DNA from: an uncultured delta proteobacterium
Lineage (GTDB): Bacteria > Myxococcota_A > Polyangia > Palsa-1104
Length of the DNA: 64,000 nt
Assembly (NCBI GenBank): GCA_963785725.1
Contig: CAWAWS010000047.1
Location: 32,001-96,000, forward strand
Reading direction: 5' to 3'
Below are positions 31,802 through 43,393 of the stretch, one piece after another; the stretch's first letter is position 1, and each line of letters starts with the position of its first letter. The notes under the pieces were generated by a model, which was not told the origin of the DNA, made no database searches, and worked only from the letters and a program-made list of their open reading frames with translations. The position numbers and the translations under genes were made by a program.

Positions 31802-31940
31802 GCCGGGCCGCCCGTCCGTCTACGGCAACGCCGAAGCCAACAAAGCCGGCAACGAGATCTGACCGCCCGCGCTTACGTAGTCCGGCGACGACGGCGAAAC
31901 GTAGATTGCGCGGCGTTCGGTCGAGGCTGGCGTGGGAAGG

Positions 31941-31980
31941 GAACCAGCAGCGCGGCCGTTTCCGACCGCGCTGCTGATTC
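31941..31980 (-). terminator. Strong hairpin downstream of the M36 gene (terminator or 3' stabiliser)
   Basis: Minus strand GAATCAGCAGCGCGGTCG-GAAA-CGGCCGCGCTGCTGGTTC with GNRA loop; pyrimidine tail but no long U run. Confidence 0.55.
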
Positions 31981-31990
31981 AGAGCAGAGA

Positions 31991-34900
31991 CTACGCGCTA
32001 CGCGTACGACGACGGAGCGCGAGGCCGAGGAGCATGAGGCCCATCAGCGGCAGCGCCGTCGTGGGAGCGTCCGAGCCGGTCGCGCTGCAGCCGCTGTGGT
32101 GCTTGCCGCCACCACCGCCGCCAGCTCCGCCACCGCCGCCAGCCGTGCCACCGCCGCCGGCCGCGCCACCGCCGCCGGCCGTGCCGCCACCGCCGGCCGT
32201 TCCACCGCCGCCGGCCGTTCCGCCGCCGCCGGCCGCTCCGCCGCCGCCGGCCGTTCCGCCGCCGCCAGCCGCTCCGCCCATGTCGCCCGGAGGCGCCGGC
32301 ATCGGCTGAACCGTGACGTTGCCCGTCGCCGGCGCGCTGATGCCCGTGCCGCCGTCATTGACGATGAGCTGGAACGTCAGGACCGTGTCCGCCGTGACGT
32401 CGGGAGCCGTGAAGGTCGGCTTCGACGCCGTGGCGTCCGACAGCGTGACCGCCGGGCCGGCCGTCTGCGTCCAGACGTAGTGGATCGTCTTGCCGGCGCC
32501 GGCGGTGCTGCCCGAGCCGTCGAGCGTCACCACAGTGCCTTCGATGACCGTCTGGTCGGCGCCGATCTTGGCCAGCGGCACGCTGCAGGTCGCCGACTGC
32601 GGACCGGTCGTCGGGAACGGCGTGTTGGTGATGCCGCTGAACGCCATGTTGTCGACGAACCAGCCGGTCCAAGCGCCGGGCCCGTTGAGGTCGTCGGTGG
32701 CGACGCGGAAGCGGATCTGCACGGTCTGGCCGGCGTAGGTCGAGCCCAAGCTGACCGTCGTGGTGACGTCGGCCGGATAGCCCGCGCTGGTGCCGGCGAA
32801 GGCCAGCTTGCCGCCCAGCGCCTGCGTGTCGCCCGTCGACGGGTCGATGAGCGTCTGCGAGTAGGCGTCGCCGCTCGAGATGCTGCTGCCGATGTCGGTC
32901 CACGTCGTGCCGCCGTCGCTGCTCAGCTCGATGACCGCGCCGTCGTAATAGCCGCCGGAGTCGAACTCGAAGCTGTAGTGGTGCGTGAAGGTGAAGCTGA
33001 ACGGATTGGTCGCGCTGACCACGAGCGGCGGCGAGGTGAGCCGCAGATCGGCCGGGGCGCCGGTGTCGTCGCCGAACCAGAGCTGGCCGAACACGCCCGT
33101 CGCCGGCACACGCGCCCAGTTGTCGACGACTTCGCCGTCGATGCTGGTGTCGTTGCTGGTGGTCCAGACCGTCGTCGGCGCGTCGTTGCTGTCGGTGGCC
33201 GAGGTCGCCGGCAGGCCGTCGTAGTTGCCGTAGTAGGTCGTCGTCGACGTGCGCACCGCCGGCGGCGTGAGCGCCGGGATGTTGGGCGTGTCGACGGTGA
33301 CGGTGATGTCGAAGCCCTCGAAGCTGGCCGCGCCGTTGAGCGAGACCGGGATCTTGACCGACGAGCCCGAGAACACCTTCGTCGACGGGAACGTATAGGA
33401 CGCGCCGCCCGGGAACGTGAGGTGCGGGTTCGTCGTGGCCACGGTGACCGTCGCCGCCGTCAGCGTCGTGGCGCCGATGTTGTTGATGCTGACCGTCAGC
33501 GTGCCGGTCTCGCCGTTGTCGAGGACGTGGTCACCGTCGCACGAGGCGATGTCGTCGTCGATGCCGACGCTGCCGAGCTCGATGTCGGGACCGGCGACGA
33601 AGCTCTCGGTGACGCCGTTGTTGTCGGCGGCCTCGCGCGGCGGCGCGACGGCGCCGGCGCCGATGCCGCGGCCGGCGAACGCCGTGAAGAACGTGGTGAA
33701 GTCGTTGGGCTTGGCCGTGTTGGCCAGCGCCGCCAAGAGCCACGCGTCACGCGCTTCGGTGAACGTCGGATTGATCGGCGTCAGCTTGAGCGAAGCCACG
33801 AGGTAGTCGCGCATCTGCTGGCTGGCCGTGTCGAACGTGTAGTCGGCCGTGTCGAGGAGCAGCGACGTGTAGAGATCCCACAGCATCGTCGTCCACACTT
33901 CGCCGGTGGCATGCACTTCGGAGTTGTCGCCCGCGAAATAGGTCAGCTTGGGCGCCGGCGTCGTCGGCTGCGCCTCGCTCTGCTGGATGTACTTGAACGT
34001 CAGCGGATTGATCGTCTGCGTGCGCGAATAGGGATAGCGACGAATGCCCGAGTAGAGCGCCGAGCCCGAGCCGCCCGTGGCGTACGCGCCTTCGGGATAG
34101 GCGCCGTTCCACTGGCTGTTCGAGGCCACGCTGGTGTCGGTCGGGCGGATATAGGTCAAGAGCGCCACGAAGTCGCTCCAGCCTTCGCCCATGCCGCCGG
34201 CCTGGTTGTTCCCGAGGCCGTTGCCGTCGCCGATGAGGCGGTTGGACAGCGAGTGACCCCACTCGTGCGAGACGATGGTGCCGTCGACCGAGCCGTCGCG
34301 GCTGGCGCTGCGGTGCATGGTGACGTTGGCGCCGGCGGCCGTCTTGAGCGCGGTGCCGACCGTGTGGCCGATCATCTCCGACGGGAACTTGGCGAGCGAC
34401 GCCGTCGAGCCGGAAGCGCCCATGTTCTTGGGAACGTCGGTGGTGGAGATGACGAGCATGCCGACGCCGCCCGCCTTCAGGCAGTTCTTGGCCTGCGTCG
34501 CGTAGGTGCAAGCGGCGTCGACGAGGCAGATGTTGCCGGACAGCGCCGCGGCGTTGGCGATCGTCGTGAACGCGCCGCAACCGGTGTTCGTCGGCGTCGC
34601 GCCGGCCGCGACCGTATCGACGAGCGCGACGACGTTGCCGGTGAAGTCGTAAATCTGCGGACCCCAGGTCGAGTAGCCGGCGGGCAGGCCGGTGGCCGCG
34701 TTGGCCGCGGGCGCGTTGACGTCGGCCGTCGGCGGGCTCGTCGTGTCCCATAGGTACATCTGAATGCGCGGCGAGGCGCCGTCCGCCGGCGTCGAGCAGT
34801 TGGCGTTGTCGATGCCCGAGTAGTCCTGCGACTCGGCCAACACCGGATCGGCCTCTTGGCCGCCGCGCCCGAAGTTCGACAGCTGCGCGTTGCCCGAGAC

Positions 34901-36154
34901 CTCGTCGTAGCCCGAGTCGTAGAAGAGGTCGTGCATGTAGTTGACGGTGAAGAAGAGCTGGGTCGTGACCGCTTCGATGTTGTTGTCGTTGGGCACGGCG
35001 ACGCTGCCATACGAGAGCGTCTTCGGATCCCACGTGCGATCGAACATGCCGGGCGACGTCGGCGTCACGAGGACGTCGGCGGTGTTGGGCGCGTAGCCAT
35101 CGGGCGGCGCGGCGTCGCAGTAGGCGTGAACGTTGTTGCCGCTGAGCTCGGGCGCGTTGTCGGGGAGCCAGGGATCGTTGGTCTTGAACTGCGTGCTCGA
35201 CAGCGTGACGAGCGACGGCGTGATGAAGCTCAGCTCGGGCGCGTTGTCATCCTCGACGCCGGTCGCGTCGGGCGTGGTGTTGCCGTACGGGCTGTCCTGC
35301 GGCGCCGCCGGCAGCTTGGCGCCGGTGTTGTCGGCCCACACGCGATACGAATAATCCGACTGCGTCATGTCGTGATGGAACAACGACGCGCCGTTCGCCG
35401 CGTCGACGACGAACGAGTTCAGCGTCGACGTCGTCGTGCGATCGTCGGCAACGTGAAGCTCGACGTAATAGGCCGGCTGCAGGCCGTTGGGCTTGGCGAA
35501 CCAGACCTTCTTGATGCGCGCGTCGACGTACGAGAGCTGCTCGGGCGTCTGCACGTTGAACAGGAAGCGATTGTGCCCGCTCTTGTCGACGCCGTTGGCG
35601 CTGAAGCCGGCCGGCGACACGGTCGAGCCCGTCAGCGTCTGGTAGGCGGCGGCGACGGCGGCCGGCGCGTCGAGCGTCCAGCCCTTGGCCAGCTGCGCCG
35701 TCGAGGGCGCGAGCGAGCCGGTGACCGCGAGCGGCGTCAGGTCGCGCTGCATGGCCACGTTGAGCTGCATGCGGAAGACGTCGACACCGCCGACCGTCTG
35801 CGCAAAGCGGGTGATGATGCCGCCGTGGCCGACGTCGTGCGTGGAGACGACGTGGGCGCTGGCGAGCGCGCCCGAGCTCAGCCGGAAGGTCGGCGCGACG
35901 GCGCGCAGCGTCCCCCAAGCGATGTCGGTGGACGTCGCGTGCGCCGGCGCCTGGAACTGGCTGTGGTCGATCCAAGCGAACGTCGGCACTTTCAGCGTGT
36001 CGTTGACGTGCGCGACGCGGGCGGTGACCCGGATCGACGGCGCGGTGGCCGCGCTCTTTGCCGCCGCCGGCGGCGTGCTGCCGCTCGGGCTGCCGTTGCA
36101 ACCGCCTGCTGCGACTGCGCCCAATAATAGGAGACCAGTTCGGGACAATGTCAT
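31991..36154 (-). CDS. M36 (fungalysin) family metallopeptidase with PA and PKD-like domains and C-terminal MYXO-CTERM
   Basis: FTP/PepSY-like prodomain, HEWGH, MGEGWSD, EVHATGEVW, SGCSATG..LMLLGLALRRR. Confidence 0.93.
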   Translation of the reverse strand: MTLSRTGLLLLGAVAAGGCNGSPSGSTPPAAAKSAATAPSIRVTARVAHVNDTLKVPTFAWIDHSQFQAPAHATSTDIAWGTLRAVAPTFRLSSGALASAHVVSTHDVGHGGIITRFAQTVGGVDVFRMQLNVAMQRDLTPLAVTGSLAPSTAQLAKGWTLDAPAAVAAAYQTLTGSTVSPAGFSANGVDKSGHNRFLFNVQTPEQLSYVDARIKKVWFAKPNGLQPAYYVELHVADDRTTTSTLNSFVVDAANGASLFHHDMTQSDYSYRVWADNTGAKLPAAPQDSPYGNTTPDATGVEDDNAPELSFITPSLVTLSSTQFKTNDPWLPDNAPELSGNNVHAYCDAAPPDGYAPNTADVLVTPTSPGMFDRTWDPKTLSYGSVAVPNDNNIEAVTTQLFFTVNYMHDLFYDSGYDEVSGNAQLSNFGRGGQEADPVLAESQDYSGIDNANCSTPADGASPRIQMYLWDTTSPPTADVNAPAANAATGLPAGYSTWGPQIYDFTGNVVALVDTVAAGATPTNTGCGAFTTIANAAALSGNICLVDAACTYATQAKNCLKAGGVGMLVISTTDVPKNMGASGSTASLAKFPSEMIGHTVGTALKTAAGANVTMHRSASRDGSVDGTIVSHEWGHSLSNRLIGDGNGLGNNQAGGMGEGWSDFVALLTYIRPTDTSVASNSQWNGAYPEGAYATGGSGSALYSGIRRYPYSRTQTINPLTFKYIQQSEAQPTTPAPKLTYFAGDNSEVHATGEVWTTMLWDLYTSLLLDTADYTFDTASQQMRDYLVASLKLTPINPTFTEARDAWLLAALANTAKPNDFTTFFTAFAGRGIGAGAVAPPREAADNNGVTESFVAGPDIELGSVGIDDDIASCDGDHVLDNGETGTLTVSINNIGATTLTAATVTVATTNPHLTFPGGASYTFPSTKVFSGSSVKIPVSLNGAASFEGFDITVTVDTPNIPALTPPAVRTSTTTYYGNYDGLPATSATDSNDAPTTVWTTSNDTSIDGEVVDNWARVPATGVFGQLWFGDDTGAPADLRLTSPPLVVSATNPFSFTFTHHYSFEFDSGGYYDGAVIELSSDGGTTWTDIGSSISSGDAYSQTLIDPSTGDTQALGGKLAFAGTSAGYPADVTTTVSLGSTYAGQTVQIRFRVATDDLNGPGAWTGWFVDNMAFSGITNTPFPTTGPQSATCSVPLAKIGADQTVIEGTVVTLDGSGSTAGAGKTIHYVWTQTAGPAVTLSDATASKPTFTAPDVTADTVLTFQLIVNDGGTGISAPATGNVTVQPMPAPPGDMGGAAGGGGTAGGGGAAGGGGTAGGGGTAGGGGTAGGGGAAGGGGTAGGGGGAGGGGGGKHHSGCSATGSDAPTTALPLMGLMLLGLALRRRTRSA
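32104..32280 (-). repeat. About 9 tandem 18-bp units encoding a (GGGG[T/A]A) linker
   Basis: ccgccgccggccgttccg-like units before the sorting signal. Confidence 0.85.
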
Positions 36155-36278
36155 TCGCGCACCTCTTGGTTACGAGCGTGCGCAGCGTTGCATGAGCGTG
36201 ACGACGATGACAATCGCGCTCTTGTTCCCAATGACGCTTTTATTCCCGACAAAATCCAAAATTATGCGTAACGATGGC

Positions 36279-36560
36279 TCAGCGCCGAATCTCGAACCTC
36301 TGGAGATCGTCCGAGATCTCTTCGTCCACGGTCGTGATGCGATCGACGCGCGCGCCGGGCGGCCCTTTCGCCGCCCAGGCCAAGAAGCCGTCGACGGCCG
36401 TCGCCGGGCCCTGTACGACGCCTTCGACGGCGTCGCCCGACACCGTGTTGCGCACCCAGCCGAACACCCCGAGCTCCGCCGCCGCGTCTACCGCCGAAGC
36501 CCGAAACGCGACACCTTGCACCCGCCCCACCACCCGAAACCGCACCCGCCGCTTCATCAC
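36279..36560 (-). CDS. acyP: Acylphosphatase
   Basis: [27 protein letters not shown]. Confidence 0.93.
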   Translation of the reverse strand: MMKRRVRFRVVGRVQGVAFRASAVDAAAELGVFGWVRNTVSGDAVEGVVQGPATAVDGFLAWAAKGPPGARVDRITTVDEEISDDLQRFEIRR

Positions 36561-36574
36561 GCCCTCATTTTTGC

Positions 36575-36603
36575 TTGACAGGAATACGCGCGCCGCCTAG
36601 CGT
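36575..36603 (+). promoter_or_regulatory. Putative sigma70 promoter of rho
   Basis: TTGACA-N17-TAGCGT. Confidence 0.6.
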
Positions 36604-36703
36604 TTTCGCCGGACGCGAAGCACCAAATCGCATTTCCCCCCAAGTACCAACACCAATCCTACCTGACACGGCGCAACCAGCGCCCCTTTCGGAGACGACG
36701 TAC

Positions 36704-37951
36704 ATGAATTTGACCGAGCTCAAGCGCAAAAAGATGGGCGAGCTGATCCATATGGGATCGGAGCTGAATCTCGAAGGCGTCAATGGTATGCGACGCCAGG
36801 ACCTCATCTTCGCGCTGCTCCAGCACACGGCCGCCAATAAAGGTGAAGTCTACGGCGACGGTGTTCTGGAGACGCTGCCCGACGGTTTCGGCTTCCTCCG
36901 TTCTCCCGATTACAACTACCTGCCCGGCCCGGACGACATTTACGTCTCGCCGTCGCAGATTCGTCGCTTCGGCCTCCGCACCGGCGACACCGTCGAAGGC
37001 CAGATTCGTCCGCCCAAGGACTCCGAGCGTTACTTCGCGCTCCTCAAGGTCGAGAAGCTCAACGGCCAGGCGCCCGAGTCGGTGCGCGACAAGATCGCCT
37101 TCGACAACCTGACCCCGCTCTACCCCAATCGCCGCCTCCATCTCGAGCACGATCCCAAGAACTATTCGACGCGCATCATCGACATGTTGTGCCCGATCGG
37201 TCTCGGCCAGCGCTGCTTGATCGTGTCGCCGCCGCGCGCCGGCAAGACGGTGTTGTTGCAAGACATCGCCCATGCCATCACGGCCAATCATAAGGAAGTC
37301 GTGCTCATCGTGCTGCTGATCGACGAGCGGCCCGAAGAAGTCACCGACATGCAGCGTACGGTCAAGGGCGAAGTCGTCTCTTCGACGTTCGACGAGCCGC
37401 CCGCGCGTCACGTGCAAGTCGCCGAAATGGTCATCGAGAAGGCCAAGCGCTTGGCCGAGCACAAGAAGGACGTCGTCATCCTCCTCGACTCGATCACGCG
37501 TCTGGCGCGCGCTTACAACACGGTCGTGCCGCCGTCGGGCAAGATCCTGTCGGGCGGCGTCGACTCCAACGCGCTGCACAAGCCGAAGCGGTTCTTCGGC
37601 GCCGCTCGTAACATCGAAGAGGGCGGCTCGCTCACCATCATCGCCACCGCGCTCGTCGACACCGGCTCGCGCATGGACGAGGTCATCTTCGAGGAGTTCA
37701 AGGGAACCGGTAACTCGGAAATCCACTTGGACCGCAAGCTCATGGAAAAGCGCATCTTTCCCTGCCTCGACATCAACAAGTCGGGCACGCGTAAAGAGGA
37801 GATGCTGCTCGACGACAAGGTGCTCAACCGCGTCTGGATTTTGCGCCAGCTGCTGCACCCGCTCAACGTCATCGACGCGATGGAGTTCTTGCGCGACAAG
37901 ATCGCCAAGACCGACTCCAACGGCGAGTTCATCGCCTCGATGTCCTCGTAG
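36704..37951 (+). CDS. rho: Transcription termination factor Rho
   Basis: [51 protein letters not shown]. Confidence 0.98.
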   Translation: MNLTELKRKKMGELIHMGSELNLEGVNGMRRQDLIFALLQHTAANKGEVYGDGVLETLPDGFGFLRSPDYNYLPGPDDIYVSPSQIRRFGLRTGDTVEGQIRPPKDSERYFALLKVEKLNGQAPESVRDKIAFDNLTPLYPNRRLHLEHDPKNYSTRIIDMLCPIGLGQRCLIVSPPRAGKTVLLQDIAHAITANHKEVVLIVLLIDERPEEVTDMQRTVKGEVVSSTFDEPPARHVQVAEMVIEKAKRLAEHKKDVVILLDSITRLARAYNTVVPPSGKILSGGVDSNALHKPKRFFGAARNIEEGGSLTIIATALVDTGSRMDEVIFEEFKGTGNSEIHLDRKLMEKRIFPCLDINKSGTRKEEMLLDDKVLNRVWILRQLLHPLNVIDAMEFLRDKIAKTDSNGEFIASMSS

Positions 37952-38006
37952 CCAGTTGACTTCGCTCGTTTGCTGATTTAGATCAACCGTTCTTCGGAGG
38001 TGCAAG

Positions 38007-38246
38007 ATGCCCAAAGCTGGAATTCATCCCGCGTACAGCGCGGCCAATATCACGTGCGTTTGCGGCGCCAATTACGCCATGGCGTCGACGCGCGGTAACT
38101 TCGCGGTGGAAATCTGCGCGAGCTGCCACCCGTTCTACACCGGCAAGCAGAAGCTGATGGACACGGCCGGCCGCATCGAGCGCTTCCAGAAGAAGTACGG
38201 TCGCGCGGGCGAGGCGCCTGCCGCTCCGAACACGCCGGCCAAGTAA
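38007..38246 (+). CDS. rpmE: 50S ribosomal protein L31 (zinc-binding type)
   Basis: [31 protein letters not shown]. Confidence 0.96.
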   Translation: MPKAGIHPAYSAANITCVCGANYAMASTRGNFAVEICASCHPFYTGKQKLMDTAGRIERFQKKYGRAGEAPAAPNTPAK

Positions 38247-38270
38247 CACTTTCCGTCATCGGCGCGGCGC

Positions 38271-39349
<1,079 letters not shown>

Positions 39350-39353
<4 letters not shown>

Positions 39354-39871
39354 TCCTCTCGCGCCTCGATGCTGCCGAAGCTGAGGGCGCGATCGAGGAG
39401 CTGGCGGCGCTGTTGGTCGACGTCGTCGCCGGCGGCGCGTCGGTCAACTTCGTGTGGCCGTTCGGGATCGCCGACGGGCGCGCTTTCTTCGAAAACAAGG
39501 TCATTCCCGGGCTGCGCGCGGACACGCGGGTGTTGTGGGTCGCGCGTGACGACGACGGGCGAATCCTGGGCAGCGTGCAGCTCGATTGTGCGACGCCGCC
39601 GAATCAGCGGCACCGCGCCGATGTCGTCAAGCTGCTTGTCTTTCGCGATCAGCGCCGGCGCGGCATCGCACGCGCGTTGATGGCGGCGATCGAGGACGAG
39701 GCGCGGGCGCGCGGTCGCTCGCTGTTGACGCTCGACACCGTGCACGGCAGCGCCGCCGAGCCGCTCTACCGCGCGCTCGGCTGGACGCCGGTCGGCGTCA
39801 TTCCCGACTATGCCGTGAGCCCGGCGGGCGTGCCGGAAGCGGCGATCTTTTTCTACAAGCGCATCGGGTGA
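39350..39871 (+). CDS. GNAT family N-acetyltransferase (Ttr-like)
   Basis: [38 protein letters not shown]. Confidence 0.9.
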
Positions 39872-41979
39872 AGCGCCTCACGCTGCGACTGCTGGCGCCG
39901 GCGCTCGTGCTGCTCGCGAGCGCGGCGTCCGCCCAAACGGCGCTGCGCGCGCCGGTCGCGCCGCGCCATCCGCATGTCGTGCAAGTGCACGGCGAAGAGC
40001 GGCGCGACGACTACTACTGGCTGCGCCAGCGCGGCTCGCCCGAGGTCATGAAGTACCTGCGCGCCGAAGCGGCTTACGCGGACGCGATGATGGCGCCGAC
40101 GCGGCCGCTGCAAGAGACGCTCTACCGGCAGATGGTGAGCCACGTGCAGGAGGACGACACGTCGCCGCCCTTTGTCGACGGTGATTGGCGTTATTGGGTG
40201 CGCGAGGACAAGGGCAAGCAGTACCCGGCCTACGTGCGCGCGCCGAAAGCGGGTGGTCCGGCCGAGGTCATGCTCGACCTCGATCGGCTGGCGCGCGGCA
40301 AGAAGTTCCTGGCGCTGCACGGCTGGGAAGTGAGCGACGACGGCCGCCGCCTCGCCTACTTGCTCGACGAGACCGGCTTTCGCGACAACACGCTCTACGT
40401 CAAAGACTTGGTGAGCGGCAAGATCTTGCCCGATCGTCTGCGCCACGTCAGCTCGCACAGCTGGTGCGGCGACACGCACACGATCTTCTACGTCGCCGAC
40501 AACGACGCCAAGCGATCCTATCGACTCTATCGTCACGAGCTCGGCCAGCCGCAGTCGCGCGACACGCTCGTGTTCGAAGAGAAGGACGAACGCTTCGAGC
40601 TCGGCATCGCGCGCACGCGGTCGCGCGGCTTCATCGTCGCCACGTCGCAAAGCCACACGGCGTCGGAGGTTCGCGTGCTCGACGCGCGCGATCCACGCGG
40701 GGAGTGGCGCGTGATTACGCCGCGCGTCGTCGGGCTCGAGTATTACGTCGAGCACGGCGGCGATCGCTTTTACGTGTGGACCAACGATGTCGCGCGCAAC
40801 TTTCGCGTCGTCACGGCGCCTACAGCCACACCCGATCGCGCGCACTGGCAAGAGCTCGTCCCCGCGTCGCCGACGACGATCGTGGAGAGCGTCACGGCGT
40901 TCGCGCATTTCCTCGTCGTCAGCGAGCGCGAGCAGGCGCTGTCGCAGCTGCGCGTCATCGATCTGCGCACGGGCGCGTCGCAGCGCATCGCCATGCCCGA
41001 GCCGGTGTTCGAGGTCGGCGTCGACGCCAACCACGAGCTCGGCAGCGACGTGCTGCGCTACAACTACGAGTCGCTGACGACGCCGACGACCTGGATCGAC
41101 TACGACATGGCGAGCCACGTGACGACGACCGTGAAGCGGCTGGCGGTGCCCGGTGGCTACGATCCGTCGCGCTACGTGACCGAGCGCCTGTGGGCCACGG
41201 CCAGCGACGGTGCGCGCGTGCCCATTTCACTCGTGCGCCGCATCGACGTGCCGCGCGACGGCACCGCCCCACTGCTCTTGAGCGGCTACGGCGCCTATGG
41301 AATGGCCTACGAGATCGAGTTCGATCCGGCGGCGATTCCGCTGCTCGATCGCGGCGTCGTGCTCGCCTCGGCGCACGTGCGCGGCGGCGGCGACCTCGGC
41401 AAAGCCTGGCACGACGACGGCCGCATGCTGCACAAACGCAACAGCTTCACCGACTTCATCGCCGCCTCCGAATACTTGATCGCGCAGAAATACGTGGCGC
41501 GCGATCGGCTCCTCATCACCGGCGGCTCGGCGGGCGGCCTACTCATGGGCGCCGTCCTCAACCTGCGTCCCGAGCTCTTCCGCGCCGCGCTCGTCGATGT
41601 GCCGTTCGTCGACGTCATCAACACGATGCTCGACGAGACGCTGCCGTTGACCGTGGGCGAGTTCGAGGAATGGGGGAATCCGAAGGAGCTGCAGGACTAT
41701 CGCTACATGCTCGGCTACAGCCCCTACGACAACGTGCGCGCGCAGGCCTATCCGGCGATGCTGGTGCGCTCGGCGCTCAACGATTCGCAGGTGATGTATT
41801 GGGAGCCGGCGAAGTGGGTGGCGCGGCTGCGCGCGACGAAGACGGACACGAACCCGCTGCTGTTCAAGATCAGTCTCGATCCGGCCGGCCATTCGGGCGC
41901 GTCGGGTCGCTACGATCGGCTGCGCGAGACGGCGTTCGACGACGCGTTCTTGCTACGGCAAGTAGGGATTAGCGACTGA
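39868..41979 (+). CDS. ptrB: S9A oligopeptidase B with signal peptide
   Basis: DDYYWLR, GGSAGG, DSQVMYWEPAKWVA, AGH; N-terminal signal peptide. Confidence 0.92.
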   Translation: MKRLTLRLLAPALVLLASAASAQTALRAPVAPRHPHVVQVHGEERRDDYYWLRQRGSPEVMKYLRAEAAYADAMMAPTRPLQETLYRQMVSHVQEDDTSPPFVDGDWRYWVREDKGKQYPAYVRAPKAGGPAEVMLDLDRLARGKKFLALHGWEVSDDGRRLAYLLDETGFRDNTLYVKDLVSGKILPDRLRHVSSHSWCGDTHTIFYVADNDAKRSYRLYRHELGQPQSRDTLVFEEKDERFELGIARTRSRGFIVATSQSHTASEVRVLDARDPRGEWRVITPRVVGLEYYVEHGGDRFYVWTNDVARNFRVVTAPTATPDRAHWQELVPASPTTIVESVTAFAHFLVVSEREQALSQLRVIDLRTGASQRIAMPEPVFEVGVDANHELGSDVLRYNYESLTTPTTWIDYDMASHVTTTVKRLAVPGGYDPSRYVTERLWATASDGARVPISLVRRIDVPRDGTAPLLLSGYGAYGMAYEIEFDPAAIPLLDRGVVLASAHVRGGGDLGKAWHDDGRMLHKRNSFTDFIAASEYLIAQKYVARDRLLITGGSAGGLLMGAVLNLRPELFRAALVDVPFVDVINTMLDETLPLTVGEFEEWGNPKELQDYRYMLGYSPYDNVRAQAYPAMLVRSALNDSQVMYWEPAKWVARLRATKTDTNPLLFKISLDPAGHSGASGRYDRLRETAFDDAFLLRQVGISD

Positions 41980-42466
41980 GCTCGTCGAGCTCTTGCTTGA
42001 ACTTGGCGACGTCGCCGGCGCCGTCGAAGCCTTCGTTGACGAAGCGGACGATGCCCTTCTTGTCGACGACGAACGACGAAGGCATCTTCGGCGGATCGTA
42101 GCTCGACGCCACCGACGCCGACGGATCGAGCAGGACGTCGAGCCCGAGGCCGAGCTGCTTGACCAGCTTCTCGGCGTTGGCGCGCTGCTTGTCGATGTTG
42201 ACGGCGAGGATGACGACGCCTTTGCCGGCGTACTGCTTGGCCAGCTTGTCGAGCTCGGGCAGCTCCTTCTTACAGGGCTCGCACCACTGCGCCCAAAAGT
42301 CGACGAGCACGACCTTGCCGCGCAGCGCCGCCAGCGACTGCGTCGGCCCCTTGAGCGTCGGCAGCGCGAACTCGGGCGCCTTCTGCCCTTTGGACACGCC
42401 GGCGAACGCCGACGTCGCCGTCAGCACGCTCAGCGCGAAGGCCGCGAAAATGGTCGCGACGCGCAT
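41969..42466 (-). CDS. TlpA/ResA-like thiol-disulfide oxidoreductase
   Basis: GKVVLVDFWAQWCEPCKKELP; signal peptide. Confidence 0.92.
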   Translation of the reverse strand: MRVATIFAAFALSVLTATSAFAGVSKGQKAPEFALPTLKGPTQSLAALRGKVVLVDFWAQWCEPCKKELPELDKLAKQYAGKGVVILAVNIDKQRANAEKLVKQLGLGLDVLLDPSASVASSYDPPKMPSSFVVDKKGIVRFVNEGFDGAGDVAKFKQELDELSR

Positions 42467-43272
42467 TACTTGTTCAGCTCCTCGTCGACCCAATCTTTGA
42501 GCTCGTCGTAAACCGGCGCGCCGTGGAACTTGCGGCCGTTGATGAACAAGGTCGGCGTCGAGTCGATGCCGGCCTTCTCGCCGTCGGCGCGGTCGCGGTT
42601 GACCTTCTCGGCGGCGGCGTCGCTGTCGCGCTTCCAGCGCGGGATGTCGAGCTTGAGCTCGCGCGCGTAACGCTCGAGATCGCTCGGCGCCTCTTTCTCC
42701 TGGTCGCCGTTCCAGATCTTGTCTTGGTACTGCCAGAACTTGCCCTGCTTGCTCGCGCCGATCGCCGCCTGCGCCGCCGGCTGCGCGTACGGGTGCGCGC
42801 GCGTGATCGGGTAATTCTTGAAGTACAGCTTCACCTGCGGATACTCCTCCAAGATGCGCTCGAGCGCCGGCTGCGCGTGCTTGCAGTGCGGGCACTGGAA
42901 GTCCGAGAACTCGACGATGGTCACGGGCGCGCCCGGATCGCCTTTGAGCGGCGCGTCGTGCACGTCGATGTTGAACTTGGGCACGTTGCCGAAGCGCTCG
43001 TCGTAATGCTCCTCGACTTCCGACGGCAAGAGGCCGAGCTTGAACAGCTTGACCATGTAGCGCGCGGCGAACACCGAGCGGCGGCACTTGGGATCGCTCT
43101 TGAGCGACGTGGCCAACGAGTGCGCCTTGCCGCAAGCCGAGGGATATTTGTCGAGCAGCTTGTAGAACGACGCCTTGTCGGTATCGCCCAGGCCGGACGT
43201 ATCGACGTTGGGAACCTGTGCCGCGGCGCTCAACGGCGCCAGCACGAGGCAGAGCAGGACGACATTTCGCAT
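42466..43272 (-). CDS. DsbA-family (thioredoxin-fold) periplasmic oxidoreductase
   Basis: EFSDFQCPHC, STPTLFINGR; signal peptide. Confidence 0.9.
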   Translation of the reverse strand: MRNVVLLCLVLAPLSAAAQVPNVDTSGLGDTDKASFYKLLDKYPSACGKAHSLATSLKSDPKCRRSVFAARYMVKLFKLGLLPSEVEEHYDERFGNVPKFNIDVHDAPLKGDPGAPVTIVEFSDFQCPHCKHAQPALERILEEYPQVKLYFKNYPITRAHPYAQPAAQAAIGASKQGKFWQYQDKIWNGDQEKEAPSDLERYARELKLDIPRWKRDSDAAAEKVNRDRADGEKAGIDSTPTLFINGRKFHGAPVYDELKDWVDEELNK

Positions 43273-43340
43273 GATTGGCCGGTTGTATTGCACGCCGTCA
43301 CCTACAGTCAAGACGCGCCTTTGTGTCAGGCCATTCACCC

Positions 43341-43368
43341 TTGACGGCGCCTGGCCGAAGATTATAAA
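43341..43368 (+). promoter_or_regulatory. Putative sigma70 promoter of the TetR-etfBA operon
   Basis: TTGACG-N16-TATAAA. Confidence 0.6.
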
Positions 43369-43375
43369 AGCAAAC

Positions 43376-43393
43376 TGAATGAACAATCATTCA
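43376..43393. promoter_or_regulatory. Palindromic operator resembling the B. subtilis FadR(YsiA) box
   Basis: TGAATGA-acaa-TCATTCA perfect 7-bp inverted repeat over the ATG. Confidence 0.75.

Noticed and set aside
32104..32280. Tandem repeat as CRISPR array
   Set aside because: No unique spacers; in-frame Gly-rich coding linker; no cas genes.
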